Source: Candidatus Latescibacterota bacterium | GTDB lineage: Bacteria > Latescibacterota > UBA2968 > UBA8231 | Reading direction: 5' to 3' | Assembly (NCBI GenBank): GCA_965208105.1 | Contig: OZ242318.1 | Location: 1,824,001-1,888,000, forward strand | DNA length: 64,000 nucleotides | Part shown: positions 25,100 through 33,818 of the stretch, piece by piece | Position numbering within the stretch: position 1 is the stretch's first letter | Layout: every line of letters begins with the position of its first letter | Made by a program: the position numbers and the translations under genes | Notes under the pieces: model-generated | What the model was told of the DNA's origin: nothing | The model's database searches: none | What the model saw: the letters and a program-made list of their open reading frames with translations, nothing else

Positions 25100-28015
25100 C
25101 TACAGCAGCCTGACCACCTTCAGTCCGCCTCCGATCTGCCCGGATGCGCTATCCAGGGTCTCCTGCGCTCCCATGGCCACAACCTCCCCCTTATTTTCCA
25201 CCCATCTCAGCACCTCGGCGAACTTTCTGAAATCTTCAGCGGTCGTGCCGAGGATCTCATCCCGCATCTGCTGGCGGAACTCGTCCCCGATGCCGGCGAG
25301 ATAGCGCAGCAGGGAAGTGTAACCCTTGGCATCGGGCAACTGGCAGAGGTCCAGGTCGCCGATGGCGCCGATGATGGCCTTGGTGAGCTCGTCCTCGCTC
25401 AGGTCGAGCTCGGCGAGGAACCTGCTGCTGCCGTCATAGACCTCGAGAGTGCCCAGAAGATCGGGATCGCGGTAGGACAGATAGGATAAAACGCCGGAAA
25501 AATGGTCGAAGGAGCAGAAAGCGCCGTAGGCGCCTCCCTGCACCCTCACCCGGTCCCACAGCCAGGTCGTGCCCAGGTAACGGGAGATGACCCCCACCGA
25601 ACCGTGGAGTTCGTAGCCCGCGTCGTAGAGGTTGGCGGCCTTTCCCACGTAGTTGACCTGGGCGGGAACGGCCAGCCCTTCACCGCCGCGGACATGGGCG
25701 GGCGGCTTCCAGACAGCGTGGCGCGCCGCCGCCGCGGGAATGGCCGTGAGGAAATCGGCGACAGGACGCTGGAAAGCTGCCCTGTCCGCCCCATCCAGGG
25801 TGATGTTCACCAGCATGGAGCTGCGATTCACCAGGAGACGCCTGATCTCCCCGAGCCTGGAAGCCACCGCGGGCCAGTCTTCCTCCACCTCCTGCACCAG
25901 CCGGCGCAGAAAAAACAGGTAGCTCACCCCCCTCAGCTGCTCCGCGACCCAGCCGGTCTCGTCAAAGCGGGAGCGCAGGCGCACGTTGACCAGGCGGTGT
26001 CCCCCGGGCACCAGACCGGCTTCCTTGGCGGCCTTCTCCTCGAGGGCCATCTGCTGAAAGCGTTCCTTGTTGTCGAGCTCGACGTCCAGCAGGACATCGC
26101 GCAGGATATCCAGCATATCGGCGGCCCGGGCCGACATGGCCTTTGCCCGCAGCAAAAGGCGGCCGACCGGTGTCGCCTTCCCATGCTGCGCACTGACCAG
26201 CACCTCGACTCCGATTCCCCCGGTGCGGGAGCCGATGCGCTGGGCCAATTTTACAAAGTCCTCCCTGCTTGTGCCCATCTCCAGCAGGGCGCGGCCGAAG
26301 AGGGGAAGGTATGGGAGATATTCCTGGGGAAGGACGCGCAGGTCGAAGCCCACGTCCAGGTAGACGATGCCGTTGGTGAAGATATCGTGGTAGAGTGTGC
26401 GGACACCCTGCTGCTCAACGACTTCCAGGGGCAGGGTGCTGATATTGCGCTCCAGGTCGCCGAGCTGAAGACGGGGCAGGGTGGCCAGAGCCTGGGGCGA
26501 ATCGGGGGTCTCCTGCAGCCGCCTCAGTTCGCGGCTGGCCGCTGCAACCGCCTCCAGGCCCTTTGGGTCCATGGCTGACCGGGCGCGTTCCAGCCGGGTG
26601 CGCTCGTCCGCCTCCTCGCGGCCCCCGAGGTGGGCATCGGGCTCCAGGACCAGGGCGGTGCGATGGGGGTTGTCCAGCAAGTACTCCCGGATCAGGTCGG
26701 GGAATCCCAACCCCCCGTCTCTCAGGCGGGAAGCGATGCTGTTGAGGGGGCGTTCGAACCCCAGGTGCGCGAAGGGATCGCGGTCATAGATCCAGGTGGA
26801 AAGGGAGCGCAGCATGAGCGCCAGCCCGCGGGGAAAGCTGCCGGTGTTGTTCTCGCGCAGGCGGAACTCCGCCGTGTTCATGGCCGCCGCGACCAGGTCG
26901 CCATCGATGCCTTCCCGGGCGAGTTTCCCCAGGGTATTCAGAATGAGCTCCTCCACCTCGTCGGCGCGCTGGCGCCGCACTCCCCTGAGGCCGACGGAGA
27001 AGTAGACCTGGCGCAGCTCGCTCTCCATGCCGGCGCCTACCACCTCCTCTCCGAGCCCCGAATCGATCAGGGCCTTGTGCAAGGGAGAGGCGGGGGTGCC
27101 GATGAGAATGTGATCCAGGATGTGGAGGGCCATGGTGGTCTCGGCGTCGAGGCCGTCCTCCAGCAGCCAGTTCACCGCCACCATGCTCTGGTTGTCGCTG
27201 TCGCCCTCCTGGCTGACCGCGTACGGATGCACCAGGCGCCGGGGCGCGGCGAATGGCCTCTGGGGGGCGATGGCGGAATCCACCAGGCGCGGCTCGAATT
27301 CCTTGAAATATTCCTCGAGGAGGAGGAGGCGGTGCTCGGGGTCGTCGTCGCCGTAAAAATAGACGCGGGCATTGGCCGGATGGTAGAATTTGCGGTGGAA
27401 CCCCTCGAACTGTTCGTAGGTCAGATCGGGGATGTGGCTCGGGTGCCCGCCCGACTCCACCCCGTAGGTATTGTCCGGAAAGATGGAATGCTGGGCGTAT
27501 TCCAGCAGGAGGTGCTCGGGATCGGAATAGGCCCCCTTCATCTCGTTGAAGACGACCCCTTTGTATGCGAGGGGATCTCCGGCGTCTTCGAGTTCGTAAT
27601 GCCAGCCCTCCTGCTGCAGGACCTGGGGGGTCAGGCGGGGATGGAAGACGGCGTCGAGGTAGACGTCGACCAGGTTGTAGAAATCTCTCAGGTTCTGGCT
27701 GGCCACCGGGTAGCAGGTCCTGTCGGGGTAGGTAAAGGCGTTGAGAAAGGTATTCAGCGATCCCTTGAGCAACTCGACGAAGGGCTCCTTCACCGGGTAC
27801 TTGCGCGAGCCGCACAAGACCGCGTGCTCGAGGATGTGGGCGACTCCGGTGGAGTCCGTCGGAGGGGTGCGGAGGTTGATGCCGAAAACCTTGTTCTCGT
27901 CCCCGTTGACCAGGGAAAGCAGCTCGGCCCCGGTCCGGTGTTTGTAGAGAATCCCCCGGGTATCGAGCTCGGGGATCGTCTCCTCCCGAACCAGTTCGAA
28001 GCCATGATCCTGCAT
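25100..28015 (-). CDS. Presequence protease PreP-like M16C metallopeptidase
   Basis: GVAHILEH (HxxEH), FLNAFT, GVVFNEMKG, VRVQGGAYG, SYRDP. Confidence 0.93.
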   Translation of the reverse strand: MQDHGFELVREETIPELDTRGILYKHRTGAELLSLVNGDENKVFGINLRTPPTDSTGVAHILEHAVLCGSRKYPVKEPFVELLKGSLNTFLNAFTYPDRTCYPVASQNLRDFYNLVDVYLDAVFHPRLTPQVLQQEGWHYELEDAGDPLAYKGVVFNEMKGAYSDPEHLLLEYAQHSIFPDNTYGVESGGHPSHIPDLTYEQFEGFHRKFYHPANARVYFYGDDDPEHRLLLLEEYFKEFEPRLVDSAIAPQRPFAAPRRLVHPYAVSQEGDSDNQSMVAVNWLLEDGLDAETTMALHILDHILIGTPASPLHKALIDSGLGEEVVGAGMESELRQVYFSVGLRGVRRQRADEVEELILNTLGKLAREGIDGDLVAAAMNTAEFRLRENNTGSFPRGLALMLRSLSTWIYDRDPFAHLGFERPLNSIASRLRDGGLGFPDLIREYLLDNPHRTALVLEPDAHLGGREEADERTRLERARSAMDPKGLEAVAAASRELRRLQETPDSPQALATLPRLQLGDLERNISTLPLEVVEQQGVRTLYHDIFTNGIVYLDVGFDLRVLPQEYLPYLPLFGRALLEMGTSREDFVKLAQRIGSRTGGIGVEVLVSAQHGKATPVGRLLLRAKAMSARAADMLDILRDVLLDVELDNKERFQQMALEEKAAKEAGLVPGGHRLVNVRLRSRFDETGWVAEQLRGVSYLFFLRRLVQEVEEDWPAVASRLGEIRRLLVNRSSMLVNITLDGADRAAFQRPVADFLTAIPAAAARHAVWKPPAHVRGGEGLAVPAQVNYVGKAANLYDAGYELHGSVGVISRYLGTTWLWDRVRVQGGAYGAFCSFDHFSGVLSYLSYRDPDLLGTLEVYDGSSRFLAELDLSEDELTKAIIGAIGDLDLCQLPDAKGYTSLLRYLAGIGDEFRQQMRDEILGTTAEDFRKFAEVLRWVENKGEVVAMGAQETLDSASGQIGGGLKVVRLL

Positions 28016-28122
28016 GGAGGTCCTCTTTCTGGGGATCTGCTGTCTGTTCTCCAGGCCGGGGCCCGGGCGGCCCCCGGCTCCGGCGTTTGGAGTATTGATC
28101 CTAACCAACTAGGATGCCCTGA

Positions 28123-29301
28123 TCAAGTTGCGCCGCCTGCCGGGACGATTTTGCCGAGGACCACCGGCCGCCCCGCCCCGGTTGCCGCCGGCAGGTTGCC
28201 GCAGCGACCCATCAGGGTCTCGTTCGCAAGCACTGCAAAAGCCAGGGCTTCGCGGCCGTCGGCCGGAATTCCCAGCCCCTCGATGGATGCCACGCGCAAC
28301 TCCGGCAAACCCGTTCTCAGCTGCTCCATCAGCACCGGGTTGTGGACTCCGCCGCCGCCGACCCAGAGCTCTTCCATTGCCGCCTCGGGGACGAAGGCGC
28401 GAATTCCGGCGATGATGGCGCCGGAGGTGAAGGCGGTCAAGGTGGCCGCCAGATCGTCTGCCGCCAGATCCACCTGCGCCATAATCGCGCCCAGGAAGGT
28501 TGCCCCGAACTCCTCGCGCCCGGTGGACTTGGGCGGAGGCTTGTGAAGGAATCCGTGCCCGAGAAGGCGGCCCAGGAGCTCCTGGTCCACCTTTCCCGCG
28601 GCCGCCCTGCGCCCGTCGCGGTCGCAGCGCTCGGCACCTCCGCTGAAATGGGATACCGCCCCGTCCACGAGCATGTTGCCCGGGCCGATGTCGAAGGCCA
28701 TGACCTGGTCAGGGGAGGCGGCGGCCGGCAGCACCGTCAGGTTGGCGATGCCGCCGATGTTCAGCAGCAGGCGGCCGCGCTCGGCGTCGCCGCACAGCAG
28801 GTAATCGGCCAGGGGAACGAGGGGAGCGCCCTGGCCGCCAACGGCCATGTCCGCCGGGCGGAAATCGGCAATGGTGGTGATCCCGGTGCGCTGGGCGATA
28901 ACCGCCGGTTCTCCGATCTGCAGCGTAGCCGCCGGGCTCGCCCGGGGCAGGTGGCGAACCGTCTGACCGTGGGAGCCGATCAGGTCCACCGCGGCCGGCT
29001 CAAGTCCCGCCGCGGCGATAACCTCCAGTGCGGCCTCCGCAAAAGCCTCCCCCAGGGCGAAATTCAGGCGGCAAAGCTCGTCGAGACCGGCGTCCGCCTC
29101 GAAGAGAGAGAAGACCCGGGCCCTCAGGTCCTCCTTCAGCTCCACGGTCTCGAATGCCAGAATCTCGCAGCGGGTATCCCTGCCGCACCCCTCGACATCC
29201 ACCAAAAGAGCATCGATGCCATCGGCGGAAGTGCCCGAGATCAATCCGACGATGCGGCGCCTTTCCCTGGCGATCAGTTCTTCCATCCGTGCGGCCATCA
29301 T
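28123..29301 (-). CDS. anmK: Anhydro-N-acetylmuramic acid kinase
   Basis: GLISGTSADGID, GSHGQT, GGQGAPLVP, NIGGIAN, KSTGRE, EALAFA. Confidence 0.95.
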   Translation of the reverse strand: MMAARMEELIARERRRIVGLISGTSADGIDALLVDVEGCGRDTRCEILAFETVELKEDLRARVFSLFEADAGLDELCRLNFALGEAFAEAALEVIAAAGLEPAAVDLIGSHGQTVRHLPRASPAATLQIGEPAVIAQRTGITTIADFRPADMAVGGQGAPLVPLADYLLCGDAERGRLLLNIGGIANLTVLPAAASPDQVMAFDIGPGNMLVDGAVSHFSGGAERCDRDGRRAAAGKVDQELLGRLLGHGFLHKPPPKSTGREEFGATFLGAIMAQVDLAADDLAATLTAFTSGAIIAGIRAFVPEAAMEELWVGGGGVHNPVLMEQLRTGLPELRVASIEGLGIPADGREALAFAVLANETLMGRCGNLPAATGAGRPVVLGKIVPAGGAT

Positions 29302-30770
29302 GTCTCCCGGGGCATCGATGGAGGGGGAAGCGGGGGGCGGCCTCCCCCCGAAATGGCGGGAACCCTGCGGCCGACCACTGCGACGAAGCCGAAGATCATG
29401 GCGAAAACCAGGGCGAAACGTCCGTTCACCATGGCGGCGTCACTTGCTCCCAGTACCGCCATGGCCAGCAGCACGGACACCGCGCCGGCCGCGAAAGCTC
29501 TGGCCTGGGCATCCCCGCTGGACCGGAAAACGGCAAGGGCAAGCCGCAGCACCTTCAGGTACAACCATCCAAAGGCCAACAGGCCGGCAATCCCCATCTT
29601 CAGAAGCAAGGTCAAATACAGGCTGTCCACCGTCCAGGTTGTGGTGCGCTCGAATCCCATGAATTCCTCGTTGAAGGTCAACACCCCGATGGTCTTGCCC
29701 TGTCCGCTGCCGAGAATGGGGCGCCGTTCGATCTCTTCGAGTGCGACCATGTAGGAGGAGATGCGGCCCAGCACGTGCACGTCCCGCTGGATATCCACAA
29801 AGGTGCGCGACCGCTCCAGGGCATGGGCGCTTATGGCCGTTCCGGTGAAACGCTGAAAAAGCAGGGCCGTGGCCCCGACGAACGCCAGGATGGCCACCAG
29901 CAGAGCGACTGTGCTCCAGACCCTGGGGCGCGGACCCCGGCGGGCGAGGTGCCTCAGGCACACCGCGGCGACGAGGCCCGCAGCAAAAGCGACCCACATG
30001 CCCCGTCCAACCGTGAGGACGAGGGCGAGACCCATGGGTACCGAAAGACAGGCCAGAACCAGACGGCCATAGCGCCGTGGATCGTGGATGAATTGGTTGG
30101 CGACGAACAACAAAGCCACGGGCAGGACCAGGCCCTGAAGGCGGGCGACCCGCGCAAACCGGCTTCCCATCGAGAGGTCGACAGCGCCGAGGAACTCGAG
30201 GACGTACTCTATCCCGACCACCAGGCCGGACGCCAGAAGCAGCGGCAGAAAGAGCCTCAGGACCGCCCTCTCATCGACAAAGTGGGTGACCAGGAAGAAC
30301 GCCGAGTAGTAGAGAAGGAAGCGCCCGTCGCGCAGAATCACCGAGGTTGAATTCTGGTAGATCAACCCGACCGCCATTGACACCAGGGTCAGCGCCAGGA
30401 AGGCGAGAACGGCGCGGTCCAGGGCGCTGCTGCGCAGCCGCAGGCCGCGCAGGTAGAAGACATCAATGAAGGCGAAGCCGAAGGCGGCCAGCATCAGGCC
30501 CTCCTGGATGCGAAGCCCACCGGGCAGCACCAGCATCATCAGCACCGTGCCCGGCAGCACGATGGTCCCCACCAGGAGAATAGCGAGGGTGCGGCGCACC
30601 GAAAAGAGGGCCAAGGCGAATCCCAGCAGCAGGGCGCTAGACATCCAGACAAAGTGCGGCGCGACAAACGCGGGAACGGCCACCAGGAGCACCAGCCCCG
30701 AACCAACCGCCAGGATCAGCCGGCCGTTGCCCGGGTCCAGCCAGTCGAAAGGAGGACGAGCCGGGGTCAT
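29298..30770 (-). CDS. O-antigen ligase/polymerase family membrane protein
   Basis: Multi-TM; LTVGRGMW, R...PILGSGQG, DSLYLTLLLKMGIAG; ATGA overlap at 30767-30770. Confidence 0.75.
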   Translation of the reverse strand: MTPARPPFDWLDPGNGRLILAVGSGLVLLVAVPAFVAPHFVWMSSALLLGFALALFSVRRTLAILLVGTIVLPGTVLMMLVLPGGLRIQEGLMLAAFGFAFIDVFYLRGLRLRSSALDRAVLAFLALTLVSMAVGLIYQNSTSVILRDGRFLLYYSAFFLVTHFVDERAVLRLFLPLLLASGLVVGIEYVLEFLGAVDLSMGSRFARVARLQGLVLPVALLFVANQFIHDPRRYGRLVLACLSVPMGLALVLTVGRGMWVAFAAGLVAAVCLRHLARRGPRPRVWSTVALLVAILAFVGATALLFQRFTGTAISAHALERSRTFVDIQRDVHVLGRISSYMVALEEIERRPILGSGQGKTIGVLTFNEEFMGFERTTTWTVDSLYLTLLLKMGIAGLLAFGWLYLKVLRLALAVFRSSGDAQARAFAAGAVSVLLAMAVLGASDAAMVNGRFALVFAMIFGFVAVVGRRVPAISGGGRPPLPPPSMPRET

Positions 30771-31975
30771 CTGTTCCCTCCTCCATCCCGGCGCTGCCGC
30801 CACCGGGACAGCTGGCCATCCAGGATCAGGGCCGCCGGCCCCATCAGGGCCGCGTCCACCGGAAGGCGAAACCTGGTGTGAGCGAAGAAGACGACGTGGA
30901 CCAGCGACAACGACAGCAGCAGGGTGCCCGCGACCCAGGCCTCCGGACGGCCCCGGAGCCGCCAGAGACCCCAGCCCCCCAACATCAGCAGGGGACCGCT
31001 GGAGAGCAGTGCGATCAGGTTGCGCTGCATGGACTCGCCCAGGGCCAGCGGGCTCCAGAGATAGATGAGCTTGCGCAGGGCCAACCGGGCGAAGCGCAGG
31101 GGCGACTCCGCAATTTGTTCCACCACGCTCCCGGCGAGGGCGCGGTCCCGCGCCACGGCAGGCTCTATTCCTCCCACCAGTTCCCGGGCCATGCCCAGGT
31201 AGTCCGTTCCCCGGCGGTAGACTCCCGTGGCCTGCGGTTCGTTGCCGATCATCAGATTCATTCCCAGGTTCGAGGAGAAGGGAACGAAATAGCCGGTGAC
31301 CGCCGCGTTGCGCGCGGTCCATGGCGCGAGGGTCAGGGCGGAGACGCCGAGCACCAGCGCGACCCGGGCAGCCCGCCGGACATCCCCCTGCGGGCGTCGC
31401 CGCCACCAGCCCCACAGCAGCAGGGGCAGCCATGGGAGGACAACGGGCTTGCACAGCAACGCCAGCCCGAAGACGAATCCCGTCAACGCGGCGTTCCTCC
31501 AGGTAGGAAGGGACTCCATGCGCAGCGCCAGCAGGACGACGGCGGTGGTCAACAAGACGAGTAGAGTCTCTGCCATGAGCGCCGAGCAGAAGAACACCAT
31601 CAGCGGATAGAGTGCGCCCAGAACGGCGGCGATCAGGCCGCATCTCTCCCCTCCGAGATACCTGCCGATTCCGAAGAGCAGGGCGCAGGTAACGGTCCCC
31701 AGAAACGCCTGCCACAGCCGCACCGCCAGGAGATCTTGGCCGCAAACATTGTAGATGGCCGCCAGCATCAGGGGATAGAGCGGCGGACGGTAGGTGCCGG
31801 AGTCGGGATGGAGCAGTCCGTGGTGCAGGTATATCTTCGCCTGGGCGTCCCAGTTGGCTTCGTCGGTGGAGGCGGTCAGGCCCTCGCGGGTCAATCCGAA
31901 TCCGGCGCGCAGGGCCAGCGCCGCGGCGAGCACCAGCCACAGCATCCGCCGCCCTCCCGCACGGGACGCGCTCAT
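30767..31975 (-). CDS. GT-C glycosyltransferase (ArnT/GT39-like)
   Basis: DE motif, YRPPLYP, LMAETL, PWTARN, TRFRLP. Confidence 0.8.
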   Translation of the reverse strand: MSASRAGGRRMLWLVLAAALALRAGFGLTREGLTASTDEANWDAQAKIYLHHGLLHPDSGTYRPPLYPLMLAAIYNVCGQDLLAVRLWQAFLGTVTCALLFGIGRYLGGERCGLIAAVLGALYPLMVFFCSALMAETLLVLLTTAVVLLALRMESLPTWRNAALTGFVFGLALLCKPVVLPWLPLLLWGWWRRRPQGDVRRAARVALVLGVSALTLAPWTARNAAVTGYFVPFSSNLGMNLMIGNEPQATGVYRRGTDYLGMARELVGGIEPAVARDRALAGSVVEQIAESPLRFARLALRKLIYLWSPLALGESMQRNLIALLSSGPLLMLGGWGLWRLRGRPEAWVAGTLLLSLSLVHVVFFAHTRFRLPVDAALMGPAALILDGQLSRWRQRRDGGGNR

Positions 31976-32640
31976 TTCTCGGCCCCCGGCTTGCGCGCCA
32001 CCAGGATGAAATTCCAGGCGTCGCTCTCCACCCGGTGGAGGCGGTCCAGACCCCAGACCAGGAGCTGAACCAGGGCGTACAGGGGACGCACCAGGAAAGC
32101 CGCGCCAACCTTCTCGAAGTGCTGGAGGTAGTAGCAGAACCGCGCCCCGGCCGTGACCCAGTAGCCGGCCATCGGCCGCACGCTGAGCGTTTGCAGTCCC
32201 GCCTTGCGGGTGAGATGGTCGAGCCCGTAGCGGGTGAAGCGAAAGTAGTCGTGGGGCTCCTCGTGGATACCCCAGATGTGCGGTGCGGTCAGGATCAGGA
32301 GACCACCGGGCCTGAGCACCCTGCCCATCTCGGAGATCATCCGCGCAGGCTCGGGCACGTGCTCCAGGACCTGAGAGGAAAAGACGGTGTCGAAGCTCGA
32401 GTCCTTGCAGGGCAGGCTGGCGGCGCTGCCCCACACGTCGGGAGGCACGCGGGCATAGCGCCGGCGGTCGCTTTCCAGCCCGGTGCAGGATCGGGCGTGG
32501 GCCTCAAGGAGAGCGGCGTAGGGCCGGCGCCCGCAGCCAACGTCCAGCAGGCGGCCCCCGGCGTGGTCCCGGAGGGCGGCAGCGATGTGTCGGCGATTGA
32601 GCTTGTGGACCAGCCAGTTGACCGAAAAGGGAGAGGCCAT
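31972..32640 (-). CDS. Class I SAM-dependent methyltransferase
   Basis: LLDVGCG, QVLEHV, LRPGG, HEEPHDYFRFT. Confidence 0.88.
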   Translation of the reverse strand: MASPFSVNWLVHKLNRRHIAAALRDHAGGRLLDVGCGRRPYAALLEAHARSCTGLESDRRRYARVPPDVWGSAASLPCKDSSFDTVFSSQVLEHVPEPARMISEMGRVLRPGGLLILTAPHIWGIHEEPHDYFRFTRYGLDHLTRKAGLQTLSVRPMAGYWVTAGARFCYYLQHFEKVGAAFLVRPLYALVQLLVWGLDRLHRVESDAWNFILVARKPGAEK

Positions 32641-32651
32641 GTCCTGGGCTG

Positions 32652-33764
32652 TTACTGCCGGTCCCGCGCCGTGTGCGGATAGTAGTCCACCACGTCGCCG
32701 GCGGCGTCTATCACATAAGACCCTGGATAGCGGATGGCCGTCGGGCACACGTGCCCGGGCACGGCGAGGAGATAGGTTCCGACCTCCGGGAGCTCACCCG
32801 GCCATGAAAACACCCCGTGCTCCTCGTTCTGCAGAACCAGGCGGGCATCCTCCTTGCCCAGCAGGTGCGCCCTCCTCTCCAGAGGAAGGTCCGCGGGAAC
32901 GGCCTTGGAGCCCAGGTCGGTGGTCACGGTCTCCTCTTGCGGGTAGCGGTCCACAACCTGGTTGAGAACCAGGGCTGCCCAGTGAAATGGCATGTCCTTC
33001 ATGGCGGCCCCGTAGTCCCAGTCCCAGTAGACACAGGTTCCCGGGGAGCCGCGCATGCCTTCGGAGCGGGCGTAGTAGGGGAAGGAAAAGGTGTTCCCCG
33101 CCACGATCTGAGGCACGGCCAGACCGGCGTCAAGCAGCCTTCCCTCGAAGGCGCGGGCCGCGTCTATCTGGCCCTGCGCCGCCTCCTGGCGCTCCCGCGG
33201 ATCGCTGCGGTGCTCGTGGCCGTCGTACAGGTGAAACCCCACCGCCTCGAGATACTGGTCCTGGCAGGCCGCCCGGTAGAGCTCCACCGCCTCCTCCCCG
33301 GGGCCGATTCCAGTGCGGTGCATGCCCACGTCCAGGTCGAGCATGACCTTGAGAACCTGCTTCCTGGCCGCCGCAACGCGCGACAACTCCCGCAGGTGCA
33401 ACGGCGCGCTGACCAGGGTGCTGACCTGGGCCCGGGGATGGGCGGCCGCAAGCTCGGCAAAGCGCTCCACCTTGCACCCCTGCACCATGGGATAGGCCAG
33501 CACCGCTTCCGCGGCCCCGGCTGCGAGCACCATCTCCAGCTCCTTCAAGGTGGCGCATTTGAAGGCGCTGATGCCGGCCTCGATCTGCTTGCGGGTGACG
33601 GCCTCCGACTTGTGGGTCTTGACGTGGACCATCAGATTCTCCCCTCCACCCGCCAGATCGCACAGTGCCTCGATGTTGTGGTCCAGCTGCGCCTCGAACA
33701 CCAGCATGGCCGGAGTCTCCAGCCCGTCCGGGTCGCCGACCTTGTAGCCTTCGTACTCAATCAT
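32652..33764 (-). CDS. D-threonine aldolase/DSD1-type PLP enzyme
   Basis: HVKTHK (PLP Lys), HRTG, YDGH, EEH, HVCP. Confidence 0.88.
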   Translation of the reverse strand: MIEYEGYKVGDPDGLETPAMLVFEAQLDHNIEALCDLAGGGENLMVHVKTHKSEAVTRKQIEAGISAFKCATLKELEMVLAAGAAEAVLAYPMVQGCKVERFAELAAAHPRAQVSTLVSAPLHLRELSRVAAARKQVLKVMLDLDVGMHRTGIGPGEEAVELYRAACQDQYLEAVGFHLYDGHEHRSDPRERQEAAQGQIDAARAFEGRLLDAGLAVPQIVAGNTFSFPYYARSEGMRGSPGTCVYWDWDYGAAMKDMPFHWAALVLNQVVDRYPQEETVTTDLGSKAVPADLPLERRAHLLGKEDARLVLQNEEHGVFSWPGELPEVGTYLLAVPGHVCPTAIRYPGSYVIDAAGDVVDYYPHTARDRQ

Positions 33765-33818
33765 GGCGCGTCCTCGTCGTTCCATCGGTCGCAGAAAGCC
33801 GGGGAATCCCGCGGTTGG

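Noticed and set aside
26630-28546. Long + strand ORFs opposite real genes (also 6674-8179, 13499-14920, 32817-34631, 58490-59803)
   Set aside because: Antisense shadows caused by high GC3; they have no motifs and the opposite strand carries clear family signatures.
29298-32108. 936-aa ORF suggesting a fusion (likewise 47638-49380, 48903-50180, 30767-32434)
   Set aside because: The N-terminal extensions are off-frame read-through of neighbouring genes; real starts with stop/start overlaps or plausible positions lie downstream.
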